DNA of 62,630 nucleotides, the filler included. It is 12 parts of 12 records of this genome, joined end to end, with 100 filler letters (N's around TTAATTAATTAA, not from the genome) between each part and the next. Parts side by side here need not be neighbours in the genome. Positions count along the whole stretch, not along the records: positions 8,002 to 12,155 come from SRR7504441_9989; positions 12,256 to 17,933 come from SRR7504441_9997; positions 18,034 to 22,292 come from SRR7504441_9999; positions 22,393 to 27,361 come from SRR7504441_10001; 8 more parts are not named here. One strand, given 5' to 3'. The first letter of the stretch is position 1. Every line of letters begins with the position of its first letter. Position numbers and translations under genes: made by a program. The notes below the pieces were generated by a model, which did not search any database, was not told the origin of the DNA, and was given only the letters and a program-made list of their open reading frames with translations. Of the stretch, positions 11,801 to 24,305 are shown one piece after another.

Positions 11801-12149
11801 ATTCGTCGCCCGGCGCGCCGCACATGTAGCTGCTGCTTCCAGGCACGCAGTACTTGTCTCCGGCCTGCAGTTGCACCAGGTTCTGATCGAGCCCACCGAC
11901 CTGACTGCTGTTAAAGCTGAACTGGCTGCTGGTGTTCAGGTCTATCAGCACAATCGCGGTGACCAGTCCCGCCGCGAGCAGCACGTTCGCTGCCACCATG
12001 GCCCGGGCCTCCCACTTAGTCATCCGCGTGAGCCACAGGCTGTGCGGTCTGTAGCCTCGGATGTAGTCCCCCAGCTTCGACCCCGGGTGCTCCTGCCGAA
12101 GCCGCCAGGCCTGCCGGAGCGTGCCCATCCACGAGCAGCACCCCGGCAT
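8804..12149 (-). CDS. Multi-pass membrane protein with C-terminal class 3 lipase domain
   Basis: YRGT, VHRGF, GHSLGGALA, TFGQPRVGN, EGDP|VPSVP and AHSM motifs, preceded by many TM segments. Introns include 11090-11131, 10868-10910, 10625-10667, about 10511-10554 and 9224-9266. Confidence 0.88.
9224..9266 (-). repeat. 43-nt intron, copy A of a duplicated intron
   Basis: GTGAGCTGGCGGCCTGCGGTTCTTACTGATCGGTATGGGTTAG. Removal restores the lipase DPVP motif. 36/43 identical to 10625-10667. Confidence 0.9.
10625..10667 (-). repeat. 43-nt intron, copy B of a duplicated intron
   Basis: GTGAGCTGGCGGCCTGTGGCGCTTGTTGATTGGTTTGGGTTAG. Removal gives the open frame VVHL|CTIANDEWFPV. Confidence 0.85.
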
Positions 12150-12256
12150 ATCTGANNNNNNNNNNNNNNNNNNNNNNNNNNNNNNNNNNNNNNNNNNNNT
12201 TAATTAATTAANNNNNNNNNNNNNNNNNNNNNNNNNNNNNNNNNNNNNNNNNNNNG

Positions 12257-15200
12257 CAGGGCGCGCTGGAGCTCGCCTCTGCGGCTGCAGAGGTGGCCTC
12301 CCGAGAGGCCGCTATAGCCGAGCGCGAGGCTCGGTTCGAGGCCCAGGCCCGGGAGCTGACCGACGAGGCGGAGGCCGGCCGGCATGCGATCGAGCGGGCT
12401 GAGGCTATTGACCGCGGGATCTCCGAGCGTGAGCGGGCGATCCAGGAAAGCAAGGAGCAGGTGGCAGGGCGGTGCGGACCGGCCGAGCTCGGGGGCAGGT
12501 CTCGCGGCAGCAGTCCAAGCTGATAGACAGGGAGGCCGAGCTGGAGGCGGCCCGGGAGCGTCTGGAGCTCAGGCACCAGGCGATGACTGCAGGTGAGGCA
12601 CAGCTGGCGGAGCGGATAGTCAAGGTGGCCGGGGCCGAGGCTATGCTCGCCCGGGCCCAGCAGCTGGAGGCCGAGGTAGCAGACAGAGAGCGCTCGCTCG
12701 CGCGCGACCGGGCCGTGCAAGCTGAGGCGGCGGCCACAGTGGGCCGGCGGGCGGAGGCGCTGTCTGCAGGCGAGGGCAAGCTGCGGGGTGAGCAGGATCA
12801 GCTGAGCCAGCTGGTGGGGCTGCAGCAGGCGCGCGAGGCCAAGCTGGTCGGGCTGGAGCAGCGGGCGGCCGGGGTGGCTCAGGCCGAGCAACGTGTGGCT
12901 CAGGCCGAGCAGCGGGTGAGTGTGGCCACGCAAGAGGTGCGCGAGCTCGACCAGCGTGTCAGGGAGAGGGCGGCCGCGCTCGAGGTGCACGAGGAACGGA
13001 TCAAGGTGGCCGAGCTGACCGCCGAGCGCGATCAGCAGCAGGCGATGCAGCAGCGCGAGCAGCAGGCGCTCGAGCGAGAGGCCGAGCTTACTGCGAGGGA
13101 GAGGCAGCTAGAGGTTTCGGACAGGCGGCTCGCGGAGCAGCAAGCCGAGCTCAGACAGCTGGACGGAGCCCGGAGGGAGGCCGGCGAGCGGGCGGCGGTG
13201 CTGGGCGAGTGGGAAGGCACGCTCCGGCAGAAGGAGGCTCAGCTCGATGCGCTCGAGGAGGCCTTCGTAAAGAGGGAGTCGGTGCTCCAGGGCACAGCCG
13301 AGCAGGTCAACGCCCAGATAGCGAGCATCAACCAGCAGGAGGCTGGGATCAAGGGCAAGGCGGCCGGCGCCGAGCAGGCGGCCGAGCAGGCGGCCCGGGC
13401 CGAGCGGGTGGCGGCCGAGCAGGCGGCGGTGCTCGAGGTGCAGAAGGCGGCGATGGAGCAGAGGGAACGGCAGCTGGCTGAGCAAGCGGGCAAGGCCAAG
13501 GAGGCGCAGGCGGGGCTCGAGGCCAGGGAGCGGGCGGTGGCGGCGGGCGAGCGGCGGGCGGAGCAGCTGGAGCAGCAGGCGGAGGCTGTGGCAAACGGGT
13601 TTGCAAAGCTCGAGGAGGCGAGGCATCAGCTCAGGCTCGATGGGGCCAGCATCCAGGAGGAGAGGCTGGCCGCTGACAGGGCTCTGCAGCAGGCCGACCA
13701 GAGAGCGGCTCAGCTAGAGCAGCAGCAGGCCGCGGTCAGGGAGGAGAAGGGTCGGCTGGAGCAGACTCAGGAGCAGCTCGGGCAGGCGGGTCAGCAGCAC
13801 AGGCACCTGCAGGCGGCCAACGAGACCAGCGCGGCCGAGCTGGCCCGGAGGGAGCTCCAGCTGGAGCAGGGCGAGGCCGCGCTGGAGCAGGCGGTGGAGG
13901 CGGCCGCTAAACTGCTCCGCCACAGAGGTGGGGCTGCGCACAAGACGGCGGTGGCAGTTGCTGAGGGGCTGCGCAGCTGGGCCGATCAACTGGACAAGTC
14001 GGAGCATGCCGGGATGCAGACAGCGGCGGTCTCCGCGGAGTTCGAGCTGTTGGATCGAGGACAGGAGGAGCTGAGGGCCCGGCTTGCCCGGCTGGAGTCA
14101 GGAGGGCTGGAGGCGGAGCTGGCTGTCTTAGTTCAGAGCAGCACCAAACATGCGGCCGCCGTGGTGCAGCTGCAGCAGGCGGCCGAGCAGCTGCAGGCGA
14201 TGGGATGGCAACGGGCCAAGCAGACCGACGGCAGCGAGGAGCGGCTGGCAGAGCTGAGGGACGAGGCCAACAAGCTGCGCAAGGCTCTCGCTCTCAACCA
14301 GGTCGCCACTGGTGAGCTGGAGACGACTGGAGCCCAGCAACAGGCGGCGCTATCTCAAGCTGAGGGCCGGCACGCGGAGGCCGAGCAGCGGGCCGACCGG
14401 CTGGCGGGCCAGCTGGAGGCGGCGGAGCAGCGGGTGCGCGTGTTGGAGCAGCAGGCAGCGGACATGAGCCGCGAGCTGACCGAGCAGACGGCCGGGCGGT
14501 CGGACGCTGGCAGGCGGGCGGACGAGGCCGAGCGGCTGCTGCAGGAGCAGATCTCGGCGCTGGGCCTGATAGTCAAGCCCAGGCCGGGAGCTGCTTCTGT
14601 GGCTGCCAGCTCGGGCGGTCCGGGCGAGCCGACCAGCGTGAGGGCGCAGCTGGAGCAACTGAGGTCAGAGCTCGAGCAGAGGGATTCTCAGATTGACCAG
14701 AGGGCGAGCGCGGTGGGGTTGCAGGCGGAGGCGATCGCGCTGCGTGAGCAGGAGCTGGCGGAGGCGGAAGCCCGGCTGGAGGCCGGAGAGAGCCAGCTGG
14801 AGCACGACAGACGGGCGGTGCAGGCGGAGGGCGAGCAATGGAGGGCGCAGGTGGGTTGCTTGAATAGGAAAGTTTGACGGGCTGCAGGTGGCCGATCTGA
14901 GGGCCAAGGAGGAAGCCTTCAAGGAGCGGTCGGACCGGCTGGCGGCGGTGCCCGCAGGCAGTGGGCTGCTCCAGGCCGAGCTCGCGCAGCTCAAGCAGCA
15001 GCTAGTCCAGGCTCAGGCCGAGCTGGCCGAGGAGCGGAGCGTGCACCAGGCGCTGCAGGCCGAGCGTGAACAGGTCGGGCGGATGATGGGAGACCTGATG
15101 GCCGAGTTCGAGCGGCTCCGCAACGGCGCGCTGGACGGCTCGTCGCTGCTGCACTCGTCCAAGTATTGCCAGAGCCACGAGCCGATCGGGGCGAGCCGTG

Positions 15201-16187
15201 TGCGCCCGGCCGAGCTGTGGGGAGCGCTAGAGCAGCTTGGCGGGGCGATCCAGGCCAGCCCGCAGCCCAAGCCGCACAGGTGGCTGAAGGTTGATAGTGG
15301 GGCGAGTCGGGACAGGCCGGAGGATCTGGAGCGATGGGAGAAGAGCATCGTGGACCGGCAGCAGGCTGTGGAGCGTCTGGAACGAGCCTCGCTCACCGAC
15401 CGGACCGGAAGGCTGGCCCGGTGCAGCCAGCTGCTGGACACACTGCGAGGGCTGGCGCCTGCGGGTGGGCCTAGCTCGGGCGAGCTGTCGGAGCTGGCCG
15501 GCCGAAAGGAGGAGCTCGAGGGCTGGGTGCCGTCCGAGCCTGAGCAGATGGCCCGGTGGGAAGCGGCGTTCGAGCAGCTCATCCAGCGGATGCTCGCACT
15601 GCAGGCCGAGCTGCTGCAGGTGGATCCGGCTCGTACGGGCAGGGCGTGATCTTGGAGGCTCAGGTGTCGGCGCTGGACCTGTCGCAAGGCTCCAAGCTGC
15701 AGGACAGGTCATCCGCTATAATATCATAACTAGGAATCCGGCTGTTATCTGATCCGGAAGGTGCAGCGCCGAGCCCAGGCTGGACATCACCGAGCTGAGC
15801 AGTGGAGCAGACGCCGTGTTTGATGCGATCGACGTCAACCACGACGGCGTGATCGACAGGCAAGAGTGGGCCGAGGCTACCAGCGGCCGGCTCCCGAGGG
15901 CGGCCAGCAGCGAGCTCACTCAGTCACAGTTCGCTGCCTACCTGACCGCCAGCCGACCGGCCAGCAGTCCTATCCAGCTGGGGATGAGCAAGCTGACCAG
16001 CGAGCTCGAGGCTTTGCTCGATCAGCGGGCCGAGCTGCTGGGCGACATCCAACGGTTCACGCAGCAGCTCGGGACGAGCGGGCTGGACGGTTCCAAGGCC
16101 CAGCTGCATGAGAGCTGGGGCAAGCTCAAGCAAGTCGACTCGCAGATCGCCGCCATGTCCCGGCAGAGCCTAGACGAACCGCTCTAG
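12257..16187 (+). CDS. Large coiled-coil protein with C-terminal EF-hand, 5' partial
   Basis: More than 1000 aa of E/Q/A/R/L heptads joined across introns 12461-12498, 14851-14887 and two more near 15620-15770. FDAIDVNHDGVIDRQEW is an EF-hand loop. Confidence 0.8.
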
Positions 16188-16420
16188 AAAGCTCAAGCTT
16201 GCTCCATAGCTTTACATAGCTTTGGTCTCATTACCGGCTGATTACCGTTATAAGTTTGTATTGAATCATAATTGTTGTACACACGTGTACGTACTCGTAC
16301 AGAGTTTCGACGTACCAGGTGGACCCGATAGGACATCGTGACAGCTGCAGGGGGGCAACACACCCTTTGCCGTTGCCGAACGCATCCGCAAGAGCACACT
16401 GCGCCTGGAAGGAGGACGCC

Positions 16421-17902
16421 ATGGAGGTGGATCAGGGGGAACGGCCTCGCAATCAGCCCGGCGTGTGGTGCCCTCCCCCACCGCCTCGCCGCGCCGGGCC
16501 GACCGCGGGGCAGGACCGAGCTGCGCAAGCCGGGCAACCTGGCCGGGGTGCTGATCATCGGGTCCCTCGGGCTGATCGCGCTGGCCTCCGCGATCGCCTA
16601 CCTGCACAAGGACACCACCAGCGAGGCGGCCAGCTTCATCCTGATCGCCGACTACGGCACCGGCACCCACACCCAGGCCGCGGTGCCCCCTCCCCCTGGC
16701 CAGGCCGAGCCAGGCTACAGGTGGCGAGTCAGCTAGTCGAGACCGCCAAGAACCAGCACGTAGCCCGCTGGCCGAGCCGGCCGACCGGGCGGGCAGGCGC
16801 GGTTCGTGCTGGGGCTGGGCGGCAACTTTCACCCGAACGGGGTTTCCAATTCTAGCGACCCGTGCGCGGCCCGGCGGGAGCCGCTAGCCGGGGCAGGCGG
16901 TGGCGGACCGACTGGTGGCAGCCCTACTACGGCGACAAGCGGCTGGAGGTGCGCTGGTACGCGGCGCTCGGTCAGAGCGACTACCGGGGGAACGTGTCTG
17001 TCCAGCTTGCGTATGAGAAGCCTGCGGAGCTCCAGCCGGGCCAGACAGACGAGGATACCTGGCTGCTCCCTGCAAAGAACTACGCTATCGAGCTGGAGCT
17101 GGCCGGTGAATGCTGGCCGGTGCAGCCCGGGACCGCGGGTGCAGGCGGGGATCCGACCTACCTGCTGGTGCTGGACACCACCCCGATGGCCATTCCCAAC
17201 GGGGCCGGGGCTTCCAACTCTCAGCAGCAGCAGCAGCTTGCCGGGCAGACTGGGTGCGCCGCTCGCAGGTCGGGGGGAGCTGGGGCAGGGCCGAGACGGT
17301 CAGCTGGCTCCGGTCGATGCTGCACGAGCTGAGGGGTAAGAACGTGCTTGTGCTCGGAAACCACCCGGTGATCGACTGGCTCCCACAGCCGACTGGGGAC
17401 AGATCCGGGTGCCGTCCAAGCCGGAGCAGACCGGGGGGCGGTACAAGCCAGGGGAGCCTAGCCTGTGCGTGCAGAGTTGCCCGAGCTGAGAGTGTCACAG
17501 GGGCATGGAGCCGGTGGACGGATTGCTCCAGGAGTACGAGGCGCCCGACAGCCCGACGGCTGGCTGATCAGCGGGCAGGTGCAGGCGTACCTGAGCGGGC
17601 AGCTCGAGCTGATGGGATACCTCCGGCAAGGCCAGACCGACTATTGGACCGCTGGTGCACTAAGGCAGGAGTGGGCGGAGTCTCAGCCTTTGGCAGGAGT
17701 AGGCGGGTGCCCCAAGAACAAGTGCTCGCTCGATGGGCCGGTGCTGCTCGACTCGGCGGGCGAGTTCTCGGCGGAGCGGGCGGGGTTCATGCTGGTGTCG
17801 GTGAGCGACAGCTGGATAGACTTCTCGTTCATCGATGCACACGGCAACACTCTGTTCAGCAGGAGCGTCCAGCGCAAGAAAATCCCCAAGGAGGAGTTGT
17901 GA
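16421..17902 (+). CDS. Membrane-anchored purple-acid-phosphatase (ACP5-like) homologue with degenerate active site
   Basis: N-terminal TM, then FILIADYG, FVLGLGGNFH, WYAALGQSDY, LLVLDTTP, VLGNHP, QAYLSGQ and GFMLVSV in ACP5 order. About 9 short introns, e.g. 16468-16513, 16683-16720, 16760-16796, 16862-16896, 17541-17578. Confidence 0.82.
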
Positions 17903-18033
17903 CTGGTGAGGAGGTCTGCTGATCGGGTGATGGNNNNNNNNNNNNNNNNNNNNNNNNNNNNNNNNNNNNNNNNNNNNTTAATTAATTAANNNNNNNNNNN
18001 NNNNNNNNNNNNNNNNNNNNNNNNNNNNNNNNN

Positions 18034-21000
18034 GTCCTTGCTCCTCCTCAGCCAGCTCAGATATCTCTGCGATGATCTTTTCCAGCATGGCATTATCCTC
18101 AGGTGTGGGCTCCCTCTGCACTGCAGGGGCCTCCTGTTGTTTGCTCTTTTTCATCATACTTTCTTTGATCCCGGTGACCCGATTAGGATCTAACCGGCTC
18201 GGCACTATCCTCCGCTTCCTTTTGGCTGGCCTTCTCTCCCTACAAAAGTGTTCCTTGGCTTGGGCAAAGCCAACAAACTTGGAGGCCAAGTATTCAAGTA
18301 GCAGCAGCACTGTCTGCCCAGTGAACAGCTTGCCTTGGAAACTTCCTGTCACTCCTGCACGCTTGATCTCTTGCGCAGCCCGCTTCCGCCACTTTGCTGG
18401 GTCGGGCTCTGAGCTGCATGCTACACTGAAGCTCAAACCCGCCTGGTCGGGTTCTTGCCCAGGGTTCAGTAGCTTGCCTTCACCCCAGTGCCGCTGCATC
18501 GAGTCAAGCAGCAGCTCAAATATGGCCTCCTGGTCAGCTGCCAACTGCCTGAGGACGTCTTCTATCGCGCTGCTGCTCGCTGCACTCTGGCCTGGGACTG
18601 GTTCAGCCAGCGGGTTCTGGTAGTGTCGGGCCGCTGCGGCAAGATCCGGCATCACCTGCCGCAAGATCCCGATCTGCCCCCATAGCGACTTGACACTTCG
18701 TGGCCTGCGCGTGCGCCCAGGCTCCAATAGGCTGCGAGCGTCGGCCATCCGCTCGGCGACGCGCCGGAGAAGATTATCAGTCGTGATCAACTCATCCTTC
18801 TGGGTAGGTTTGGACGGAAACGCAACCAGGCCCTCCTGTTGCAACCCAAGCACCATTGCCTTCATTTCGACGTGCTGCCAGCCATTGCCCCTCTTCTTGA
18901 ACTGCTCTGCAAGTTCGCTGACCGTCTGCTCATGCACGGTTTTGTGCTCAGCTAGTGTCGCCATCTGCGCTTCAAGCGTGGCATTTCCCACCACACAGCC
19001 CCGCAGAGCGGTGATAATGTCCTGCATGCTCCACGCCGCCTGGCCATAGTCTTGCACTGCTTGCGAGAGCAGGGCGTTGTTCTGATTTAGGAAGTTCTTG
19101 AGTTTGCTCATGTGGTACAAATCTAGTCTGGCCTTGAAGTTGCTGGCGGAGCTTAGAGTCACAGTGTCAAGCTTTTCCGCCTGCACCCCTTAGCGCTCAG
19201 TAATTTGCCTGCAGCGCGTCACACCATTTCCTTCATCTTCTGCATGCAGTCGGCCTTGAACTTGGAGGCAAGGCTCTCAGCTATGGATATGCTCGCTGCT
19301 GCCAAGCATTCCTCGCGCTCATCCTCATTGGTGTTCTCACGTGCTTTCTGGACAGCTGCCTGGACCATCTTCTGGGCCTTTAATTCAAGCTCCTGCGACA
19401 GCTTTGCCTTTGGACAGAGCAAAGTTATGTCAAACAGGCTGCGTGCTTCAGTCATCACACTGGTGGCAAACATTTTTCGCTCAAACTCGCGCAGCGCTTC
19501 AAACCACACCATCTGCTGTTCACCATTTCCGATCTCGCCAGCTGACCAGTGATCTTTCCCTACTGCCTCCAACTTATCTCTGAAGTCCTGAAGAGCCCCG
19601 TTCTCTGCGAAAAGGTTCTGAAGCACTGCCTCAAATGCAGTCACAGTCCCCTTGAGCACTGCACCAACCATTACCTCGACCAACTCTATGCCCTTGTACC
19701 TGCCGCCCAATTCAGCTGCAGCCTATTGGGTCGGCTACCTTGCTGGCATCACTTTGACGCCTTTGGAAAGCCGAAACGCGCAAAACCCAGCAAGAATAGC
19801 CTTTTTGGAATGATTCAGTTCGACTGTGAGCTCGGCCAGCGCTTGCTTGAACCTATCAGCGCTACAACAGTCGCGCAGTTGGTCCACCTGACCTCAGGAT
19901 AGGCACATCAAACCAATCGGCACCGACCTTGGCCTCGAAATTCAGCTCACAGATCAGATTGAAACTCTCCTTCCAGCCGCGTACGAGCGCTCGGAAACCG
20001 CGCTCGTCGCGTGGCAGCGCCCTTGCAAGCTCCTGCATGCTCTCACATACCTGCAGTACATATGGCTGTCAGCCTGGCATGGCAGAAAGCTAGCTCACTT
20101 GCGCCAGCTTCTGCTCATTGCTGATTTGAGCTAGTTGCAGAAGCTGACGCACCTGTCACCTGCGTCACACTGCACCAAGCGGGCGCAATGCCTGGCCTAA
20201 AAAAGGCTGGAATATGTTGTTGATTACGTGTTGGCCAGTGTCAGCCAGCACTTGCGTGGTTGCCTGGCCCAGCATCTGTTGGATGCCCAGCTCCAGTCGG
20301 CCACAGTTGGATCGGTTCTGCTCAAGCCCCTTCTTTGACTCCCAGTATGGATACACCGGCATGACAATCACCGTCCCCATGGGCTCATCAGCCAGCTCCT
20401 CAGTGCCAATCTCCTCTGGCAGCTGCCACCCCTGCCTGGCAGCCGCCATGTAGGGTTTGACTGTCGTTTCTGCCATCTTGTTCCGCTCCTGCCGCGCTCT
20501 CAGCACCCTGCAAGCCCTTCCTGGTCACTTGGATGTCTTGGACGTTGCACAGCTCAGCAGCAGCCTTGACGAGCACACTTTGCACCTCGCCCAGCTTCTT
20601 GCTGCATAAGCTGGCCTCCTTCTCGGCCCATTCCTCACGGTCGGCGTTGAACCTCTCCCAGTTGGGGTAATACTCCTTGTCAGCTGGCACCACTGCAATG
20701 AGCCTATGTAGCGGCTGGCCACCCAGCAGCCTAGCCAGGAAGCTCGAGCGCGAGAGCACTTGCTTGACCCCCGCTGAGAGCGCTTCAGGTTTGAGCACCA
20801 GCAGCACCACTGTGGCCTCATCCATCGCGCGCTTCAGGTACGCCATTCTCAGCGTGTCCATGTCGGCGCATCCAGGAGCGTCAATGAACCGGCCGCCCTT
20901 AAGCACAGCACAGGGCACTTGGACTGTGACCTGTCGCACGGCTCAGCACTGGACCGGCCTGAGCAACCTTTTCTATCAGGCCCCAGCAGGCTGAGGCTGC

Positions 21001-22292
21001 GTTGTGCGCGTCTCTGTTGAGAGTGGTCCGCATAGCTGCCAGGGCGTCCTGCAAGCTCGGGTTGTTGTACGTGACCACCTTGGCCCGGTCCAGCAGCGGC
21101 CGGAACCTGACAGGCAGAGCGCAGTCATCCCTGGAGATGCCCTTCAGTATGTGTGTGAGCGACTTGGTCCCGAGGTCGGCGCCCTGTCCGACCATTGCCA
21201 GCGCCCGCTCGAGCAGCATCCGCTCGTCCTCGAGCAGCGCATCCTCCTCAAAAATGTCAGCGTTTGCCTCGGCGTGCCGCTGGAGCAGCTCCGCCTGTGC
21301 CTTTGCCACCACTGACACGCTCGTGTAGCTCACTATCACGCGGACTCGCCCGGTTCCAAAGCCTACCTCCCACGGGATCGAAGTGGTGCTCCCTCCTCCG
21401 CCGCTTGCTTCAGGCAGTAAGAACCCCTCATAGTTGCGAGAAGCCGCAGCAGCTGTGCCGGATCTGACCAGCTCGTCCTGCCGCCACTCCACCTGCAGCG
21501 CCCGTAAGCACCAGCCCTGCACAGCCTAACGCCTGCTCCGGGCCGACTGGGCTCTGGCCAGGCTGGTCGACCAGCTCTAGAGTCTGGAGCTCCTCCTCGA
21601 GCTGCTCCCGGCTGAAGGTCTCGACTGAGTCTCGCTTGCCCATTGGATCTTGCGCCAGCACGCGCTCATATTCTTGCTGCCCGAGCAGCGTGCGCTGCCC
21701 CCCGGGTGGCGGTCGGGAGGGGTAGGGGGGGACACCTGGAGCAGGTGGTTCATCAAGGTGCTCTTGCCTGCATGCGACTCGCCGAGCGCCACCACCTGCC
21801 CGCTGCTCGCACCCAATCTGGCCAGCGGGCACCGTGCTCAGCCGGATCTCGTGGAGCTTGTTGAGGCATCCATCGGCCTCGCTGGCCAGCCGGGCCATCT
21901 TATCCTGATGCAAGTGCAGCTGGGCCGCCTGATCCGCCTGCGACCGCTGGTTCAGGATCTGGCTGAGTGTGCCCACTCCTTCGAGCAGCCGGTCCCGACA
22001 AGCCTCGGCCGAGCAGCGGACCACCGGCTGGCTGCGCGCCACCACTCGCTCTCGGAACTGAGCCAGCTTGCCTGCCGGCCTGTGCTGGGCCGATGTGTTG
22101 CCATCCAGCTGTGGTGCCGCAGTCGGGTTCGGAACTCTAGATTTGAGTAGCTTATCGCGGAATCTGTCTAGTCCGCCCCGACGCACCGTCGGAGACTCTG
22201 CCTGTGGTCGCGTCAACACCGCCGCTGGTTGCGTCAGCACCGCCGCCGGTTGGGACGGCCGCACCGCCGGGCCGCTGCTGATCAGCGCCGGC
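18034..22292 (-). CDS. Dynamin-like GTPase (SLIP-GC/NUGGC-like), truncated by contig ends
   Basis: G1 VVALGESHAGKSTLMNHLL, G2-like STTSIPWEV and G3 FIDAPG followed by ATVVLLV, then a long helical C-terminal region. Multiple 37-48 nt introns. Confidence 0.75.
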
Positions 22293-22498
22293 NNNNNNNN
22301 NNNNNNNNNNNNNNNNNNNNNNNNNNNNNNNNNNNNTTAATTAATTAANNNNNNNNNNNNNNNNNNNNNNNNNNNNNNNNNNNNNNNNNNNNTAAACAAA
22401 ATGTCAAGAGAGAAAGTATAGACTACTTTGTCCTTTCGTGAGATTGTAAAGACGCTGGTCTAATAACTTTATAACTATTGGACACCCCGGAGCGTGTG

Positions 22499-23761
22499 AT
22501 GGGGGACAACCGAGGGCTGGTACCGGTGAACGGTCCGCCGGGAAAATTCGACGAGTCAGCCCTGCCGGTCGAGTCCCAGCGGCTGCTTCAGATGGCGAAG
22601 AAGGAGGTCCAGACGAAGCACTCGGAGATGGACGCTGGGGTGCACAGCGGGGACGAGGAGGGCGGGTATGTTCGGCGTCGCGGGCGGCCAAAGGGGAGCA
22701 AGACGCTGAGCGCCTTCATCCAAAACGACGCCGAGAGGCGCAAGTACTTTGTCAAGCGGATCAAGGCCATCCGGTCCCAGGCGGGTGCCCCGTGAGAAGT
22801 AGAAGTCTGACGCTGGCGGGGGCGCGCAGGTGGCGGACACGTTCTCGCGGTGTTCGGGAGGCAACATCCTGGTAATCGCCATCCAGAGCGAGACCGGTCC
22901 CGCCCCTTCCCGCCTGGCCGGCCGCTGAGCTTGCGGGAGGCAGGCGGGGTGCACCACTGCGGGACCGGACCGTTCGAGCGGTTCATCCGAGACGAGGAGG
23001 TCACCGAGATTATGTATGCGCACCTGAACGATCAGAATCCCCCGCGCCGGCCCAAGGAGACCAAGGAGGTCAGAGACCCGCCCGCGAGGTCAGAAGAGGA
23101 GCTACTGGTTCGGTTGATGATTTCACGGATGGACACTCCTCTTGTGTGTCGCTGTGCGCAAGTGTGCAAGATCTGGCGGAGCTCATGCATAATGCCCACC
23201 CGCTGGCGGCAGGCCTTCATCCGCGACAACGGCGCGCAGGCCGTGAAAGACATTGAGACTGCGTTTGCGTCCACCAACAATGTGGCACTGCGCAATATAG
23301 ACTGGCATGCTCTGTACCGTGACCACGCCACCGTCCGGCGGTTGTGCCCCGACTGCCAGCTATTGGTCGAATTCAGGCCCCGGGTCCCCGGTTTTGATGG
23401 GCTGCTGATGGCAGTCATCACGATCCTCTCAGATCCAACAGAGAGAATCGAAATGATCCGTTGGACAATTGCTGAGCATTTCAGCCAATTCGGCGTGAAT
23501 GAGTCGTGGGAGATCGCCGATCAGATGATCAATTCGCTCTGGGCCGACCAGCGCGACTTGTTTAAGTTTCTACCGCTGAATACGTCGACTTTTGAGCGGC
23601 TTGAGCAGTACACATACACACACCACAACTGGCACGTATATGATCTACTGTTGAGTAAGATGGCCAAGCTGGCGCCCTTCTACCGGACCGCCGCGCTGCT
23701 CTCCCGGGCGCGGGTGATTTTTCCTGAAGAGTACATTCCTGTCGGCTGGCTAGTCGCTTGA
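22499..23761 (+). CDS. Divergent MADS-box (SRF-type) + F-box protein
   Basis: After removing introns 22781-22829 (GC-AG) and 22897-22943: RGRPKGSKTLSAFIQNDAERRKYFVKRIKAIRSQVADTFSRCSGGNILVIAIQSETGGVHHCGT, then EELLVRLMISRMDTPLVCRCAQVCKIWRSSC...W. Confidence 0.72.
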
Positions 23762-24305
23762 GTCCGAGCGATTCTCAAGCTTTGTGCCAGTGACGTATTC
23801 CTTTTGTTCACTTTGCCCAAGATCTGAAAAGGATCTTGTATCCCAAAGCCTTCTCTCGTGGTGAGGTCGTAGCTAGGTCGTAGCTGCCTAAGACGCGAGC
23901 GTTGGTACGTTTTGAGCTTGCATGCTCTTGGAATCTTGGATAATCACGGATAATTACGTGATTACGTGTTGTACAACGTGAAATTTAGATTTATTAAAAA
24001 GTCGGGGCCCTAGCGCTCACATCAAGACACGGCGAAAAAATGGTACAAGTCTAACGGCGAGAAAACTTATTTCAAGAGCCCCCCCGCCCACCCAACGTCT
24101 AAGTCACCGTACGGCGCGTACGCGACAAGCCCTGAATCGCTGAATGCCCCGACGATCTTTTAATATTGATCGGCCTTGAGTGTACTATCAGAATTAATTA
24201 CTTCGTATCACATAAGTATCAAACTGATTGCTCCTAGATGGGTACCCGGGCTGCCCCCTCTGCCTCTCCATTCAAACCCTCTATTCAATTCATTATGGAT
24301 CATAT

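Noticed and set aside
14851-14887. Similarity of this intron's 5' end to HDAC intron 7078-7115 as a second introner family
   Set aside because: The match covers only about the first 13 nt, and the rest differs; too weak.
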